A stretch of 64,000 nt of DNA from Opitutia bacterium (GCA_947478395.1 CANJVR010000002.1:832568-896567), one strand, 5' to 3'; counted from the first letter of the stretch, positions 20,182-30,194 are shown. Numbers and translations are program-made. Notes: generated by a model not told the origin, from the letters alone.

Positions 20182-20937
20182 ATGAACCGTCGCGATTTCC
20201 TCACCCGCAGTTCCGCCGCCGTCCTGGCCGTGTCACTTTCCCCCAACCTCAGCCCGCTCGCCGCCGCCGAACCGGCCGCGGCCGCCACGCCCGTTTCACT
20301 GACCTATCCTTTCGCCCTCGAGCCGCTGCCGTACGCCTACAACGCACTCGAGCCACACATCGATGAAGCGACGATGAAGTTGCACCACGACAAACATCAT
20401 CTCGCGTACATTACTAATCTCAACGCCGCGCTCAAAGACCACCCCGAGCTTCACACCCTCACCGTCGAGCAACTTCTGCGGAAACTGGCCGATCTGCCCC
20501 CGACGATTCAGACCGCGGTGCGCAATCACGGCGGCGGCCATCTCAATCACCGTTTCTTTTGGCATATCATGCGCGCGCCCGGCGTGGAAGGCGCTGGCGC
20601 CGAGCCAAAGGGCGAGCTCGCGGCCGCCATCGTCGCCGAGTGGGGTTCCGTGGAAAAAATGAAAACCGCGTTCAACGACGCGGCCACAAAAGTATTCGGT
20701 TCCGGCTGGGCCTTTATCGAAGCGGATGTGAAAACCAAAAAACTTTCGATCGCGACCAAGCCCAATCAGGACAGCGAACTTTTTTCCGCCGACCGCGTCG
20801 GTCTCCTCGCGTGCGACGTCTGGGAGCACGCCTATTATCTTAATTATCAGAACCGCCGCGCCGATTACCTGAAGGCTTGGTGGAACGTGGTCGCCTGGGA
20901 TGTCGTCGCGCGCAACTACGCCGCCGCCAAAGCGTAG
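20182..20937 (+). CDS. sodA: Superoxide dismutase, Mn-type signature, with Tat signal peptide
   Basis: NRRDFL Tat motif; LHHDKHH, NHGGGHLNH, FGSGW, NQD, DVWEHAYY. Confidence 0.92.
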   Translation: MNRRDFLTRSSAAVLAVSLSPNLSPLAAAEPAAAATPVSLTYPFALEPLPYAYNALEPHIDEATMKLHHDKHHLAYITNLNAALKDHPELHTLTVEQLLRKLADLPPTIQTAVRNHGGGHLNHRFFWHIMRAPGVEGAGAEPKGELAAAIVAEWGSVEKMKTAFNDAATKVFGSGWAFIEADVKTKKLSIATKPNQDSELFSADRVGLLACDVWEHAYYLNYQNRRADYLKAWWNVVAWDVVARNYAAAKA

Positions 20938-20974
20938 TCCGCGGGAGCGCCGCCGCACGCACGCTTTTCCCGCT

Positions 20975-22243
20975 TCAGCTCAAATCCCGGATCGAGCCGA
21001 ATTCCGGATCGAACAGCCGCCGGTAGGTCCGAACAATCATACCGTCGGTCAACCCCGCGAGCCAGTCGCAGATCTGCCGCGCCTTGCCGGCCGCTGTGGT
21101 CTCCGCATCGATCAAACGGCCCACGTGAGGCGGCAGAATGTTGATCACCCGGCCACCGCGTTCGACGTAGTTTTTCCACGCCGCGCTCCACAGATCGAAC
21201 ATCACTTTACGCGCCTTATGCTCCATTTGCTGGAGCTGCGGACTTTCGAAAATGATATCGTTGGCGATCTTTTTATAAAACATCGCCTCGCGTTCCGCCG
21301 CGGGCGTCACCGTGAGTTCGAAACGATAACGATTGGTCGCCGCGCTCATGAAATTTCGGCGTTCCCGCAACCGGCACGCGGTGATGAACACACCTATCTT
21401 CGCCGAGAACGCGCTCTCGAGCCGGTCGCTCCGAATTGCAGAAAAAAGCTGGTCAAGCCACGCCTGGCGCTCCGCATCCAGCGCCTCGCGCGCGGCCCAC
21501 GCCTCGATCCGCTCCACGTTGAGAAATCCCGCCTTCACGCCATCCACGATATCGTTGAGCGAATAAGCGGCATCGTCAGCCCAATCCATGATCTGGCACT
21601 CCACGCTTTTGAATCCGTTCAGCGTTTCCCCAGCGTGGAGTTCAGGCGGGATCGACGCCGGCGCGAAAACAAACGCCCGGACCTCAGCCTGCGGATTGTA
21701 GAGAAAGTGATGCGCCGGGAGCGTCGGAAATTCGGCAAAAAGTTTTTTGTATTTCAGTACACCGTCGAGCAACGCGCGCGTCGGCTGCATCCCATGCACC
21801 CCGGACTCGTTCTGATACATCGTGTGCGTGAGGAGGTGGAGCGTCTGGGCATTGCCTTCGAATCCGCCCCACGGGAGCATCAACTCTTGCAGCGTGCGTT
21901 CACCCGAATGGCCGAACGGCGGATGCCCCAGATCGTGAGCGAGACACACGGCCTCGACCAGATCGCTATCGATAAAAAAATCCTCCGTCAGCGCTCCGCC
22001 CTGCATGCGCAGGAAATGGCAGATTGACCGGCCAATCTGCGCGACCTCCATCGAATGCGTCAGTCGCGTCCGGTAAAAATCATATTCCCCCGAAAGAAAA
22101 ACCTGCGTCTTCGACTGCAGCTTCCGAAACGCATGAGCATGGATGATCCGGTCGCGATCGATTTGAAACGCATTGCGATAATCCGTCTTGCGGCTGCCAC
22201 CCAAGGTTTCGGCATCGAAGCCGGAATAAAAACGATTCGTCAT
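20975..22243 (-). CDS. dgt: dNTP triphosphohydrolase (dGTPase-like)
   Basis: DRDRIIH, KTQVF, RTRLTHS.EV, HDLGHPPFGH.GE, FEGNAQ, ADDAAY. Start set at MTNRFY. Confidence 0.9.
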   Translation of the reverse strand: MTNRFYSGFDAETLGGSRKTDYRNAFQIDRDRIIHAHAFRKLQSKTQVFLSGEYDFYRTRLTHSMEVAQIGRSICHFLRMQGGALTEDFFIDSDLVEAVCLAHDLGHPPFGHSGERTLQELMLPWGGFEGNAQTLHLLTHTMYQNESGVHGMQPTRALLDGVLKYKKLFAEFPTLPAHHFLYNPQAEVRAFVFAPASIPPELHAGETLNGFKSVECQIMDWADDAAYSLNDIVDGVKAGFLNVERIEAWAAREALDAERQAWLDQLFSAIRSDRLESAFSAKIGVFITACRLRERRNFMSAATNRYRFELTVTPAAEREAMFYKKIANDIIFESPQLQQMEHKARKVMFDLWSAAWKNYVERGGRVINILPPHVGRLIDAETTAAGKARQICDWLAGLTDGMIVRTYRRLFDPEFGSIRDLS

Positions 22244-22386
22244 CGGAGTTCGTGTCCGACAGCACCGGCTCCGCTCAGCAGAGGCAAACCCATATGCACC
22301 GCTTAGACTCAACGGAGCTGCAATCTGAGCCAGACGTGATTGCCTGATTCCCATCGGTCGACTCCGCTCTCCCATCCGATACTTCC

Positions 22387-22869
22387 GTGCCGCGATACCT
22401 TTTCCCAACTGAACTCGGCCTTTGCGCCATTGATTGGGCCGACTCTGCCCTCACCAGTTTCAGCTTGCCCCCGGCCATCGGAGCGCCGTTCGACGAGACG
22501 TTGCCGCCAACTTGGCTCAGGCCACTCATCGCTCGCGTTCAACTGCACCTGGCCGGAACACCGCAGGATTTCTCGGACGTGCGCTTTGCGTTCCAGCGCG
22601 TGACGGAATTTCAGCGCCGCGTCTACCTGCAAACCCTCGCCATCAGAGTCGGCCTGACTAGCACGTATGGAGAAATTTCGTCGGCGCTCGGGCTGCCACC
22701 GGGCGCCTCGCGAGCCGTCGCGGCCGCGCTCGGCGCTAACCCCTGGCCGCTCTTGATCCCCTGCCACCGGATCATCGGGGCCAACGGCAAAATGACGGGA
22801 TTTTCCGGGCCGGGCGGGATCGCCACAAAAATCCGACTACTTACGCTCGAAGGCACCCAGCTAATTTGA
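22387..22869 (+). CDS. ogt: Methylated-DNA-protein-cysteine methyltransferase
   Basis: TYGEI, RAVA.A...NP...IPCHRII active site. Confidence 0.92.
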   Translation: MPRYLFPTELGLCAIDWADSALTSFSLPPAIGAPFDETLPPTWLRPLIARVQLHLAGTPQDFSDVRFAFQRVTEFQRRVYLQTLAIRVGLTSTYGEISSALGLPPGASRAVAAALGANPWPLLIPCHRIIGANGKMTGFSGPGGIATKIRLLTLEGTQLI

Positions 22870-23007
22870 GGCGATACGGGCAGGCCCGAAACGCCGAAAA
22901 CCAGGCTCACGGTGATTTGGGACCGCCGCCGAGAAAAGAGCCGCGTCGATGGGAAAATCGGGGATTTGCCCTTGATGGCACCCGGGAACGGAATCAATTT
23001 CCGCGCC

Positions 23008-23205
23008 ATGTACTGCGCAATTTCCTCCAAGAAATTGCATGTCACTTTCAACGGTACTTTCATGCTTTCACCCGGTTCATTCCTTACCTCGGTCCGCGGG
23101 AACGACTCCGCCGCTGCCGCCGAACTCAAGACGATCACGTACGATATTCAGCGCCTCACAGACCAGCAGATGGTCGCCCAGATCGAGCGGATGGACATTC
23201 GTTGA
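23008..23205 (+). CDS. Small hypothetical protein (65 aa)
   Basis: ORF ends 6 nt before cdd; TTGATG-N17-CAATTT promoter-like element ends 7 nt before the ATG; no family recognised. Confidence 0.55.
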   Translation: MYCAISSKKLHVTFNGTFMLSPGSFLTSVRGNDSAAAAELKTITYDIQRLTDQQMVAQIERMDIR

Positions 23206-23211
23206 CCCTTC

Positions 23212-23619
23212 ATGCCCCGTAAAATCTCCCCACTCTCCGCTTTGATCCGGACCGCGCGCGCCGCGGTGAAGAAGTCTTATGCGCCCTACTCCAAGTTTCC
23301 GGTCGGAGCGGCAGTCCTCGCGGGTTCGGGCAAAATTTATGCAGGGTGCAATGTCGAGAACGCGTCCTACGGGCTCTGCAACTGTGCCGAGCGCAGCGCG
23401 ATTTTCGCCGCCGCCTCCGCTGGGGAACGCGTCATCCGGGCGGTCGCCATCTATACGCCGACCGCAACCCCCACCGCACCCTGCGGGGCCTGCCGCCAGG
23501 TCATCAATGAATTTGGCCCTACCGCGTTGGTCGTGAGTGTCTGCGACTCCGCCGAACGCACCGAGGCCACGCTCGACCAATTGCTCCCCGCTGCATTTGG
23601 CCCGGCCAACTTACGGTGA
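23212..23619 (+). CDS. cdd: Cytidine deaminase (homotetrameric type)
   Basis: YAPYSKFPVGAA, GCNVENASYG, CAERSA, PCGACRQ. Confidence 0.95.
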   Translation: MPRKISPLSALIRTARAAVKKSYAPYSKFPVGAAVLAGSGKIYAGCNVENASYGLCNCAERSAIFAAASAGERVIRAVAIYTPTATPTAPCGACRQVINEFGPTALVVSVCDSAERTEATLDQLLPAAFGPANLR

Positions 23620-23651
23620 CACCGAGCCTTTCCCGCTCAGGCAGGCTTAAC

Positions 23652-24962
23652 CTAACCCGTGAAAATATCTCGGACCGCGGCGATCACATCAACGCTCGGT
23701 ACTTCACGTTCACTTCTGTCGCTGAGATCACGAATCTTGACCGTGCCCTTCGCCAGTTCGTCACCCCCGTAAATCAGCGCGATCTTCGCGCCACATTCCG
23801 CGGCCGCTTTGAATTGCTTGCCGAAGGCCATTTCCCGGAGCGGATAATCCACCCGGAATCCGGCCGCCCGCAGCGCGTGAATGTCCGCGAACGCCGCCGC
23901 CCGCTCCTTTTCACCGCCAATCACGCAATAAACGTCCGGGACCTGCACTAACGCCGGCATCAGGCCGCGCTGCTCAAGCAGCAACGCAAACGTCATGTCG
24001 CCAATGGCGAAACCCACGGCCGGAAGTGCGGGGCCACCGAGTTTCTGGACTAGATCATCGTACCGCCCACCGCCGGCAAGTGCGCGCAATTCCCCTTTGC
24101 GATCGAAGGCTTCGAAAACGAACCCGGTGTAATATGCCAGCCCACGGACTACCCCAAGGTCGACTTCGACAAAGCGCTCCAAGCCCATCGCCGCCAGACC
24201 AGCCAGTAGTTTTCGCCAGTCGGCCAAGCGCGCTGAAATTTTTTCTCCGCCGAGCGAAGCCACGGTTTCCTCGATAGCGGAGAGCGATTTAACGCGAAGA
24301 AACGCCAGCACCTTCGCCTTTAGCTCATCGCCCGGTTCGCCGAATTGCTCTGCGTAGGATTTGAAAGCGTCGTCACCCATCTTCTCAAACTTGTCCACCG
24401 CGCCCAGCATCGCGCGAATGCGAAGCTCGTCCAAGCCGAGCGCTTCAAGATAATAAAACCAGAGATTGCGGTCGCTCAGCCGCACATAGAAATCCTGGTC
24501 GGTCAGGCCGAACGCGCACAAACATTGGGTCAGCAACGCAATCAGCTCAATTTCAGCCTCGGGGCCTGGCTCAGCAAAAATATCGGCGTTGAACTGGAAA
24601 AAACAGCGCCCCCGGCCCTTCTGCATCCGCTCGTAGCGATAAAATTCAGCAATGCTAAACCACTTGATCGGGCGCTTGAGTGAGCTGGCTTTCGCTCCGA
24701 CAAGACGGCAGACCGTCGGCGTCATTTCCGGCCGTAGCGCGACGTCGCGTCCGCCCTTGTCGGTGAAACTAAAGAGCTGCGCCTCGATCTCGTCTCCTGA
24801 CTTCGCCTTGTAAAGTTCGAGCGGTTCGAGCACCGGCGCATCGTATTCAGAGAAGCCAAATACGCCTGCGGTCTGGCGCCAAAGCCGGAAGATATGATTA
24901 CGCCGGGCAAAATCCTCGGGATAGAACTCACGGAAGCCGGGCAGGGTTTGGAACGTGGCCAT
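23652..24962 (-). CDS. hisS: Histidine--tRNA ligase
   Basis: ALRPEMTP, RYER.QKGR, VRGLAYYTG, GGGRYD, C-terminal anticodon-binding domain. Confidence 0.95.
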   Translation of the reverse strand: MATFQTLPGFREFYPEDFARRNHIFRLWRQTAGVFGFSEYDAPVLEPLELYKAKSGDEIEAQLFSFTDKGGRDVALRPEMTPTVCRLVGAKASSLKRPIKWFSIAEFYRYERMQKGRGRCFFQFNADIFAEPGPEAEIELIALLTQCLCAFGLTDQDFYVRLSDRNLWFYYLEALGLDELRIRAMLGAVDKFEKMGDDAFKSYAEQFGEPGDELKAKVLAFLRVKSLSAIEETVASLGGEKISARLADWRKLLAGLAAMGLERFVEVDLGVVRGLAYYTGFVFEAFDRKGELRALAGGGRYDDLVQKLGGPALPAVGFAIGDMTFALLLEQRGLMPALVQVPDVYCVIGGEKERAAAFADIHALRAAGFRVDYPLREMAFGKQFKAAAECGAKIALIYGGDELAKGTVKIRDLSDRSEREVPSVDVIAAVRDIFTG

Positions 24963-25103
24963 GAAAAGAGGACCTCACGTTGCAAATCGCTCGGCCCCCG
25001 CGCGAGGAAAAATCCCGGATTACAGAGTCACGCTGATCGGGATCGACTTCGGACGCTGGCATCTGCGGAGGAAAAAAGCGGTGCGCATCGGCCCAATGGG
25101 AAC

Positions 25104-25137
25104 AAAAAAAACGCCGGTGAAATTCACCGGCGTTTTT
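25104..25137 (-). terminator. Rho-independent terminator (bidirectional form) after the HU gene
   Basis: A8-cgccggtga-aat-tcaccggcg-T5. Confidence 0.85.
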
Positions 25138-25162
25138 AAAATACGGAGCTTAGCCGCTCGCA

Positions 25163-25474
25163 TCACATGAGCTTGGCGAGGTCGATTTTCTTGAGCTGCT
25201 GCTTGAGAATCTTGCCAGATTTGAATTTGACCACCGCCCGCTGGGGGATGATCACCTCGGCTTCGGGCTTGTTCGGGTTGCGGCCGATACGTTGCTTGCG
25301 AACTTGCACTTCGAGTACACCGAAATTCCTCAGCTCGACATTCCGGCCGTCGGCCAGCGCCTTCTGAATGATATCAAGCGTCTGCTGCACCGTGTCGACG
25401 ATCTGCTTTTGAGGGAATCCGGCTTTCCGGAAAATCTGCAGTACGATTTCTCTTTTGGTTAGATTTGCGGACAT
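25163..25474 (-). CDS. HU/IHF family DNA-binding protein
   Basis: VELRNFG, R..RIGRNP, IP.R.VVKFKSGK. Confidence 0.93.
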   Translation of the reverse strand: MSANLTKREIVLQIFRKAGFPQKQIVDTVQQTLDIIQKALADGRNVELRNFGVLEVQVRKQRIGRNPNKPEAEVIIPQRAVVKFKSGKILKQQLKKIDLAKLM

Positions 25475-25597
25475 GTGTTCGGTTGTGTATAGTTAACTGA
25501 CGACCCGTAACTATTTGCAGAGCCTACGTTGCGTCAACCTCAACGGTGACTTTAGCACTGGGTCGCCTAATACTCATTATTTTCCCTAGCCGCCACC

Positions 25598-26299
25598 ATG
25601 CCCGATCCTGTCGCCGTCAGTTCCATGTTTGCCCGTATCGCCCGGAATTATGACCGCGCCAACCGGCTATTGAGTGCAGGCACGGACCTGTGGTGGCGCC
25701 GGTGTCTGGTCGGTCAGGTCCGTCGCCACTCCCCCTCCCGCGTGCTGGACCTCGCGACCGGAAGCGGTGACGTCGCCTTCGCGCTCGCGCGCGTGTTGCC
25801 CCGGGACACGACCATTATCGGGATGGATTTTTGCCAGCCCATGTTGGATGAGGCGGAAGCCAAAAAAAAAGCCGCGCCCCGGCGTGAAGGCACGGAAGTG
25901 GAGTTTTTGCCCGGGGACGGTCTAGCGCTGCCGCTCGCCGATGGCGGCTTTGACGCGGTCACGATTTCATTTGGGCTGCGCAATATGACCGACCGCGCTT
26001 GCTCGCTGCGTGAAATGCGGCGCGTGTTGCGGCCCGGCGGAAGACTGTTCGTCCTCGAATTTTCCCAACCGCAGCAATGGTTCAAGCCGCTCTATTTTTT
26101 TTATCTCAGGCACATCCTGCCCGCAATCGCCGGCGCCGTGACGGGCGACCGCGCCGCCTATGTTTACCTCAACGAGACCATCGAGCAATTTCCCGCAGCG
26201 CAGGAATTGTCGGGCGAAATTGAGCGCGCCGGTTTTGTGCAGGTTCAGTTCAAACGGCTTTCCTTGGGCATGGTTGCCCTTCATGAAGCCCGGGCTTGA
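25598..26299 (+). CDS. menG: Demethylmenaquinone methyltransferase (UbiE/MenG)
   Basis: MF.RIA.NYD.AN..LS, LDLATGSGD, TISFGLRN, RVLRPGG...LEFS, Y.YL.ETI. Confidence 0.88.
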   Translation: MPDPVAVSSMFARIARNYDRANRLLSAGTDLWWRRCLVGQVRRHSPSRVLDLATGSGDVAFALARVLPRDTTIIGMDFCQPMLDEAEAKKKAAPRREGTEVEFLPGDGLALPLADGGFDAVTISFGLRNMTDRACSLREMRRVLRPGGRLFVLEFSQPQQWFKPLYFFYLRHILPAIAGAVTGDRAAYVYLNETIEQFPAAQELSGEIERAGFVQVQFKRLSLGMVALHEARA

Positions 26300-26314
26300 A
26301 CAACCGCGAGCAGC

Positions 26315-26632
26315 CTAGTTGAACGATTTTCCGCAGCCGCAGGTGGACTGCGCATTGGGATTTTTGATTTCAAATCCCTTCCCGTGCAGCCCGTCGTCAA
26401 AATCGATCTGCGAGCCATTCAAGTAAGCCAGGCTGGCCGGATCCAATAGCATCTTTACGCCTTCACTTTCCAAAGTCGTGTCGTCGGACTTTGAGTCGTC
26501 GAAAGACATGCCATACTGAAAACCGGAGCAGCCACCGGACTCGACCAACACCCGAAGCAGCTTGGCCGGTGCGTCCAGTTCCGACTGCATCGTTCGAACT
26601 TGGTTTGCGGCGCGGGGCGTGAGTGTAATCAT
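26315..26632 (-). CDS. A-type Fe-S carrier (IscA/ErpA)
   Basis: GGCSGFQY and NPNA..TCGCGKSF. Confidence 0.94.
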   Translation of the reverse strand: MITLTPRAANQVRTMQSELDAPAKLLRVLVESGGCSGFQYGMSFDDSKSDDTTLESEGVKMLLDPASLAYLNGSQIDFDDGLHGKGFEIKNPNAQSTCGCGKSFN

Positions 26633-26638
26633 GGCCCA

Positions 26639-26666
26639 AACGTAAAGCCGCGCCAGGTGCTGTCAA
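26639..26666 (-). promoter_or_regulatory. Sigma70-type promoter, probably leaderless transcript
   Basis: Minus strand reads TTGACA-N16-TACGTT-N6-ATG. Confidence 0.6.
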
Positions 26667-26842
26667 TCGACGCCGCCCCGCTATTCGACGCGAAGCGGCT
26701 CCGATTCTCGGCATTGAAGGTAACTGCGGAAGCGCGCTGATTCGTGGCGAATCGGGTGGCAACAAAATACCTGCAGCAATTTCCGGGCCTGTTTTCGATT
26801 TGCACTCTTGCCAGTGGTTGAGGCCGCGCCCTTTCTCGCTTC

Positions 26843-27466
26843 GTGGGATCCCTCCAGCACATCTTCAACGAGCTCCAATACAAGATGACCCGCAAGATTG
26901 CGGAAGGCGGGATGGGCCTTGTTTATGAGGCCGTCCAACTAGGCGCCGGAAATTTCCGAAAAGTCCTGGCGGTGAAGCTTATCCGCGAGGTGTATTCTGC
27001 CATCGCGGAGTTTAAAAACAACTTCATCGACGAAGCCCGCTTTACGGTGATCGGCGGCAAAGACGAATACCTTTCCCCCGAGCAGGCCAGTTACGAGGTC
27101 ACCGATGCCCGCGCCGATATTTTCCACCTCGGTATCGTCCTCACCGAAATTCAATTGGGCCGGAATCTTTTCCGCTCCGTCGACCGCGCCCAGTCGCGCC
27201 GCAACATTCTTTCGATGCCGATACCAAAGTTCGCCACGCTGCGCGCGGATATCGAGCTGGCCCTAGAAACCATCATCCAGCGCTGCCTGCAGCGGGATCG
27301 CGACCAACGCTACCAGTCCTCCCTCGACGTATTGACCGATTTGGAAATGTACCACTACAGCGACCGTTACGGACCGACCAACGAAAAGCTCGGTGTCTAT
27401 CTCAAGGAAATCTTTGGAGTGCGTGACCCCGTTGTTCCTGCGCCCTTCTTGAGCACCCAAATCTGA
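26843..27466 (+). pseudogene. Hanks-type Ser/Thr kinase with in-frame deletion of the catalytic core
   Basis: IAEGGMGLVY (subdomain I), AVK (II) and FIDEAR (III) join directly to GKDEYLSPEQ (VIII), DIF.LG (IX) and RY (XI). HRD and DFG regions are absent. Confidence 0.8.
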
Positions 27467-27495
27467 GATGAAGGCTTCGTATTTTCATCCAGCTT

Positions 27496-28989
27496 ATGAG
27501 CGGGCCCGGATTTAGCCAAGATCTGCGGCAGCGACAAAGTCAGTCGCTCATCCTCGCCCCCCAACTCAGGCAATCACTCAAGATCCTGCAGGTGGCGGCG
27601 CTTGATTTGCGCTCAGTCATACAGGAAGAGCTGCAAGCTAACCCCACCTTGGAAGAAATGCCGATGGACGGCATGAGCCTGGATAAGCCAGCGGAGACGG
27701 AGGATCTCTCCGGCGAGCCCGAGGGCGATTCCGCCTCTCCTGCCCCCACCGACAACAGCGAGGTCAAGGGCGATGAACTCGATTTCACGAAGGAGTTCGA
27801 GATTCTCGGGAAAATCGACGAAGACTGGCGTGACCATATGGCGAGCGCCGGCGGAGCGCAGCCTTACACCTCGGAAGATGCCGAGCGTCGCCAGCATTTC
27901 TTCGATTCGCTTGTGAGCGTGACATCGCTGCAGGAACATCTGATGCAGCAGGCCGAGATGGACGATCTCGACGCGCCCACCCTCAGCGCGCTCCGGCATC
28001 TCGTCGGCAGCTTGAATGATCGCGGCTTCCTTACGCAGAGCCCGTCCGACGTCGCCCTTCAAACCGGCATTTCCCTTGAGTCGGTCAAACACGCTCTCTC
28101 TCTCCTGAAAGCGTTCGATCCACCCGGCATCGGCGCGCAGACTCTGTCCGAATGTCTGCTGTCCCAACTCTCGGCCAACGGCCGAAGCGACTCGCTCGGC
28201 GCACGCATGATCCGAGATCACTTCGATCTCTTGTCACGCCGGCGCATTCCCGAACTCGCGCGCAAACTCGCGGCCGCGCCAGACGACGTGCAGGCCGCCA
28301 TCGAGGAAATCGGGAAACTAGATCCGGCGCCGGGCCGCCGCTTTGCCGAGGATAACAACCGCATCGTGGTCGCCGACGTAACCGTCGAAAAAGACGGCAC
28401 GGAGTGGAAGATTTCGCTGAATGACGATTACATCCCGCGTCTCCGTATCTCCAGTACCTACCGCGATCTCATCGCCAAGGGCACCCTCTCGAAGCAGGAA
28501 CGAGATTATCTGCGTGAACGGATTCGCGCCGGGAAATTCCTCATTGATTCAATCGAACAGCGCCAGCGCACCATCGAGCGCATCACCCGCGAGATCATCA
28601 AGGCGCAGCTGGCGTTTTTCGAAAACGGCGTTTCCGAGCTAAAACCGCTCACAATGACCCAAATCGCCGACGTCGTCGGCGTCCACGAAACCACCGTCAG
28701 CCGGGCGATCGCGAACAAGTATCTGAAGACGCCGCACGGTGTTTTCGATTTTAAATATTTCTTCACCCCGGGTTATCAGTCCGAGGCCGGCGCCTCGGTC
28801 TCCAACACCAGTGTAAAAGAAATGATCGCGGACCTCGTCGCCGGAGAAGAAAAAGCGTCGCCGCTTAGCGACCAAGAGCTTGTGACCAAGCTCCAAGCCA
28901 AGGGCATCACCATCGCACGGCGGACGGTCGCTAAATATCGAGAGGAACTCAGCATCCTTCCGAGCAACCTGCGCCGCGACTACAAGTAA
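27496..28989 (+). CDS. rpoN: RNA polymerase sigma-54 factor
   Basis: Gln/Leu-rich region I; HETTVSRA; RpoN box ARRTVAKYRE. Confidence 0.97.
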   Translation: MSGPGFSQDLRQRQSQSLILAPQLRQSLKILQVAALDLRSVIQEELQANPTLEEMPMDGMSLDKPAETEDLSGEPEGDSASPAPTDNSEVKGDELDFTKEFEILGKIDEDWRDHMASAGGAQPYTSEDAERRQHFFDSLVSVTSLQEHLMQQAEMDDLDAPTLSALRHLVGSLNDRGFLTQSPSDVALQTGISLESVKHALSLLKAFDPPGIGAQTLSECLLSQLSANGRSDSLGARMIRDHFDLLSRRRIPELARKLAAAPDDVQAAIEEIGKLDPAPGRRFAEDNNRIVVADVTVEKDGTEWKISLNDDYIPRLRISSTYRDLIAKGTLSKQERDYLRERIRAGKFLIDSIEQRQRTIERITREIIKAQLAFFENGVSELKPLTMTQIADVVGVHETTVSRAIANKYLKTPHGVFDFKYFFTPGYQSEAGASVSNTSVKEMIADLVAGEEKASPLSDQELVTKLQAKGITIARRTVAKYREELSILPSNLRRDYK

Positions 28990-29097
28990 GTCGTTCCGGG
29001 CTCTGGGAGGGCATCGCGAAATATGTGGCCGAAGTCGGGGTGGTTTAGCTTTAAGCCGCCGACGCGGCTCGGCTGAAAAGGGGAGCGGAGCTGAAAG

Positions 29098-29126
29098 CGG
29101 CGCATCAAGGATGACCGCTCCCTACC
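29098..29126 (-). repeat. Solo GTAG-type REP-like element, related to 63709-63803
   Basis: Reverse complement GGTAGGGAGCGGTCATCCTTGATGCGCCG resembles GGTAGGGCGCGTTATCCTTAACGCGCCG. Confidence 0.6.
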
Positions 29127-29150
29127 CTTTTAGACGCCGCGACAGCTGCG

Positions 29151-30194
29151 CTAGGCCAGGGCCAGCGCCGCACTCGGCTCTACCGTGAGTCCGAGCCCCG
29201 CCGCCCGATCCACGCTGGCTTCATCAGCCCACGCCGCGAATGCAATCATCCCGGCGTTATCTCCGGTGTGTTTTGGCTGCGCGGCGAAAAACGGGATTCT
29301 TGCCCGCGTCGCCTCGCCTTCGAGCGCGCTCCGCAGCACCCGGTTGTTCGCCACGCCGCCGGAAAGCCCGAGACTGCGAAATGCACCGTCATCCAGCCGC
29401 AAGGCCGCACGCGTCTTGAGCGCGAGCGCGTCCACCACCGCCTGTTGATAGCTCGCGCAAAGATCGGGCAGCCGCACCCGTACTTCGTCTGGCGACATTT
29501 TTTCCAGCAGGTAACGCAGGCTGGTTTTCAAACCCGAGAAACTGAAATCAAGTTCATCACGCCGGCCGATCCCACGGGGAAAATCAAAAGCGGAGGCCCG
29601 GCCGGCGACGGCCATTTTCTCGATCAGTGGCCCGCCGGGATATCCGAGCCCGAGCAGTTTCGCGCCTTTGTCCAGCGCCTCGCCCGCCGCGTCATCACGC
29701 GTCGAGGACAAGACCGTAATCCGCCGCTGCCGATCAATCGCGAACAGCAGCGTGTTTCCTCCCGATACGATCAATCCGAGGTGCGGTAAAATCTCCGCCA
29801 CCTTCGCGGCAAACACCGTTGGAGCTTCCTCATGCAATCCGATGAAGGGGGACCAGGCGTGCGCCCGGAGATGATTCACCCCCGCGACCGGAACGCGCAG
29901 CGCCAGCGCCAGGGCTTTCGCCGTCGCGACCCCAATGGCGAGACAGGCGGCCAAGCCCGGTCCGTTTGTCACCGCGATCTGAGTTACGTCCCGGAAATTA
30001 TTTTCGCGGCCCGCTCGATCCAACAACGGCCCAAAATGCCGCAGATGCTCGCGCGTCGCCAGGTCCGGCACCACGCCACCGTGTCGCTCGTGTAAAGCGA
30101 TCTGGCTATGGATCCATTCGCCCACCAGCCCGCGCGCCGGATCAAATAACGCGACCGCGGTCTCATCACAGGAACTTTCTAAGCCGAGAATCAT
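29151..30194 (-). CDS. tsaD: tRNA N6-adenosine threonylcarbamoyltransferase
   Basis: LGLESSCDET, GGVVP, NHLRAH, VSGGNT, DDAAGEALDK, FSFSGLKT, GDNAGMIA. Confidence 0.95.
   Translation of the reverse strand: MILGLESSCDETAVALFDPARGLVGEWIHSQIALHERHGGVVPDLATREHLRHFGPLLDRAGRENNFRDVTQIAVTNGPGLAACLAIGVATAKALALALRVPVAGVNHLRAHAWSPFIGLHEEAPTVFAAKVAEILPHLGLIVSGGNTLLFAIDRQRRITVLSSTRDDAAGEALDKGAKLLGLGYPGGPLIEKMAVAGRASAFDFPRGIGRRDELDFSFSGLKTSLRYLLEKMSPDEVRVRLPDLCASYQQAVVDALALKTRAALRLDDGAFRSLGLSGGVANNRVLRSALEGEATRARIPFFAAQPKHTGDNAGMIAFAAWADEASVDRAAGLGLTVEPSAALALA

Noticed and set aside
20975..23619. dGTPase plus deaminase as an anti-phage nucleotide-depletion system
   Set aside because: cdd is a plain tetrameric cytidine deaminase with no kinase domain, the genes are on opposite strands, and the context is housekeeping.
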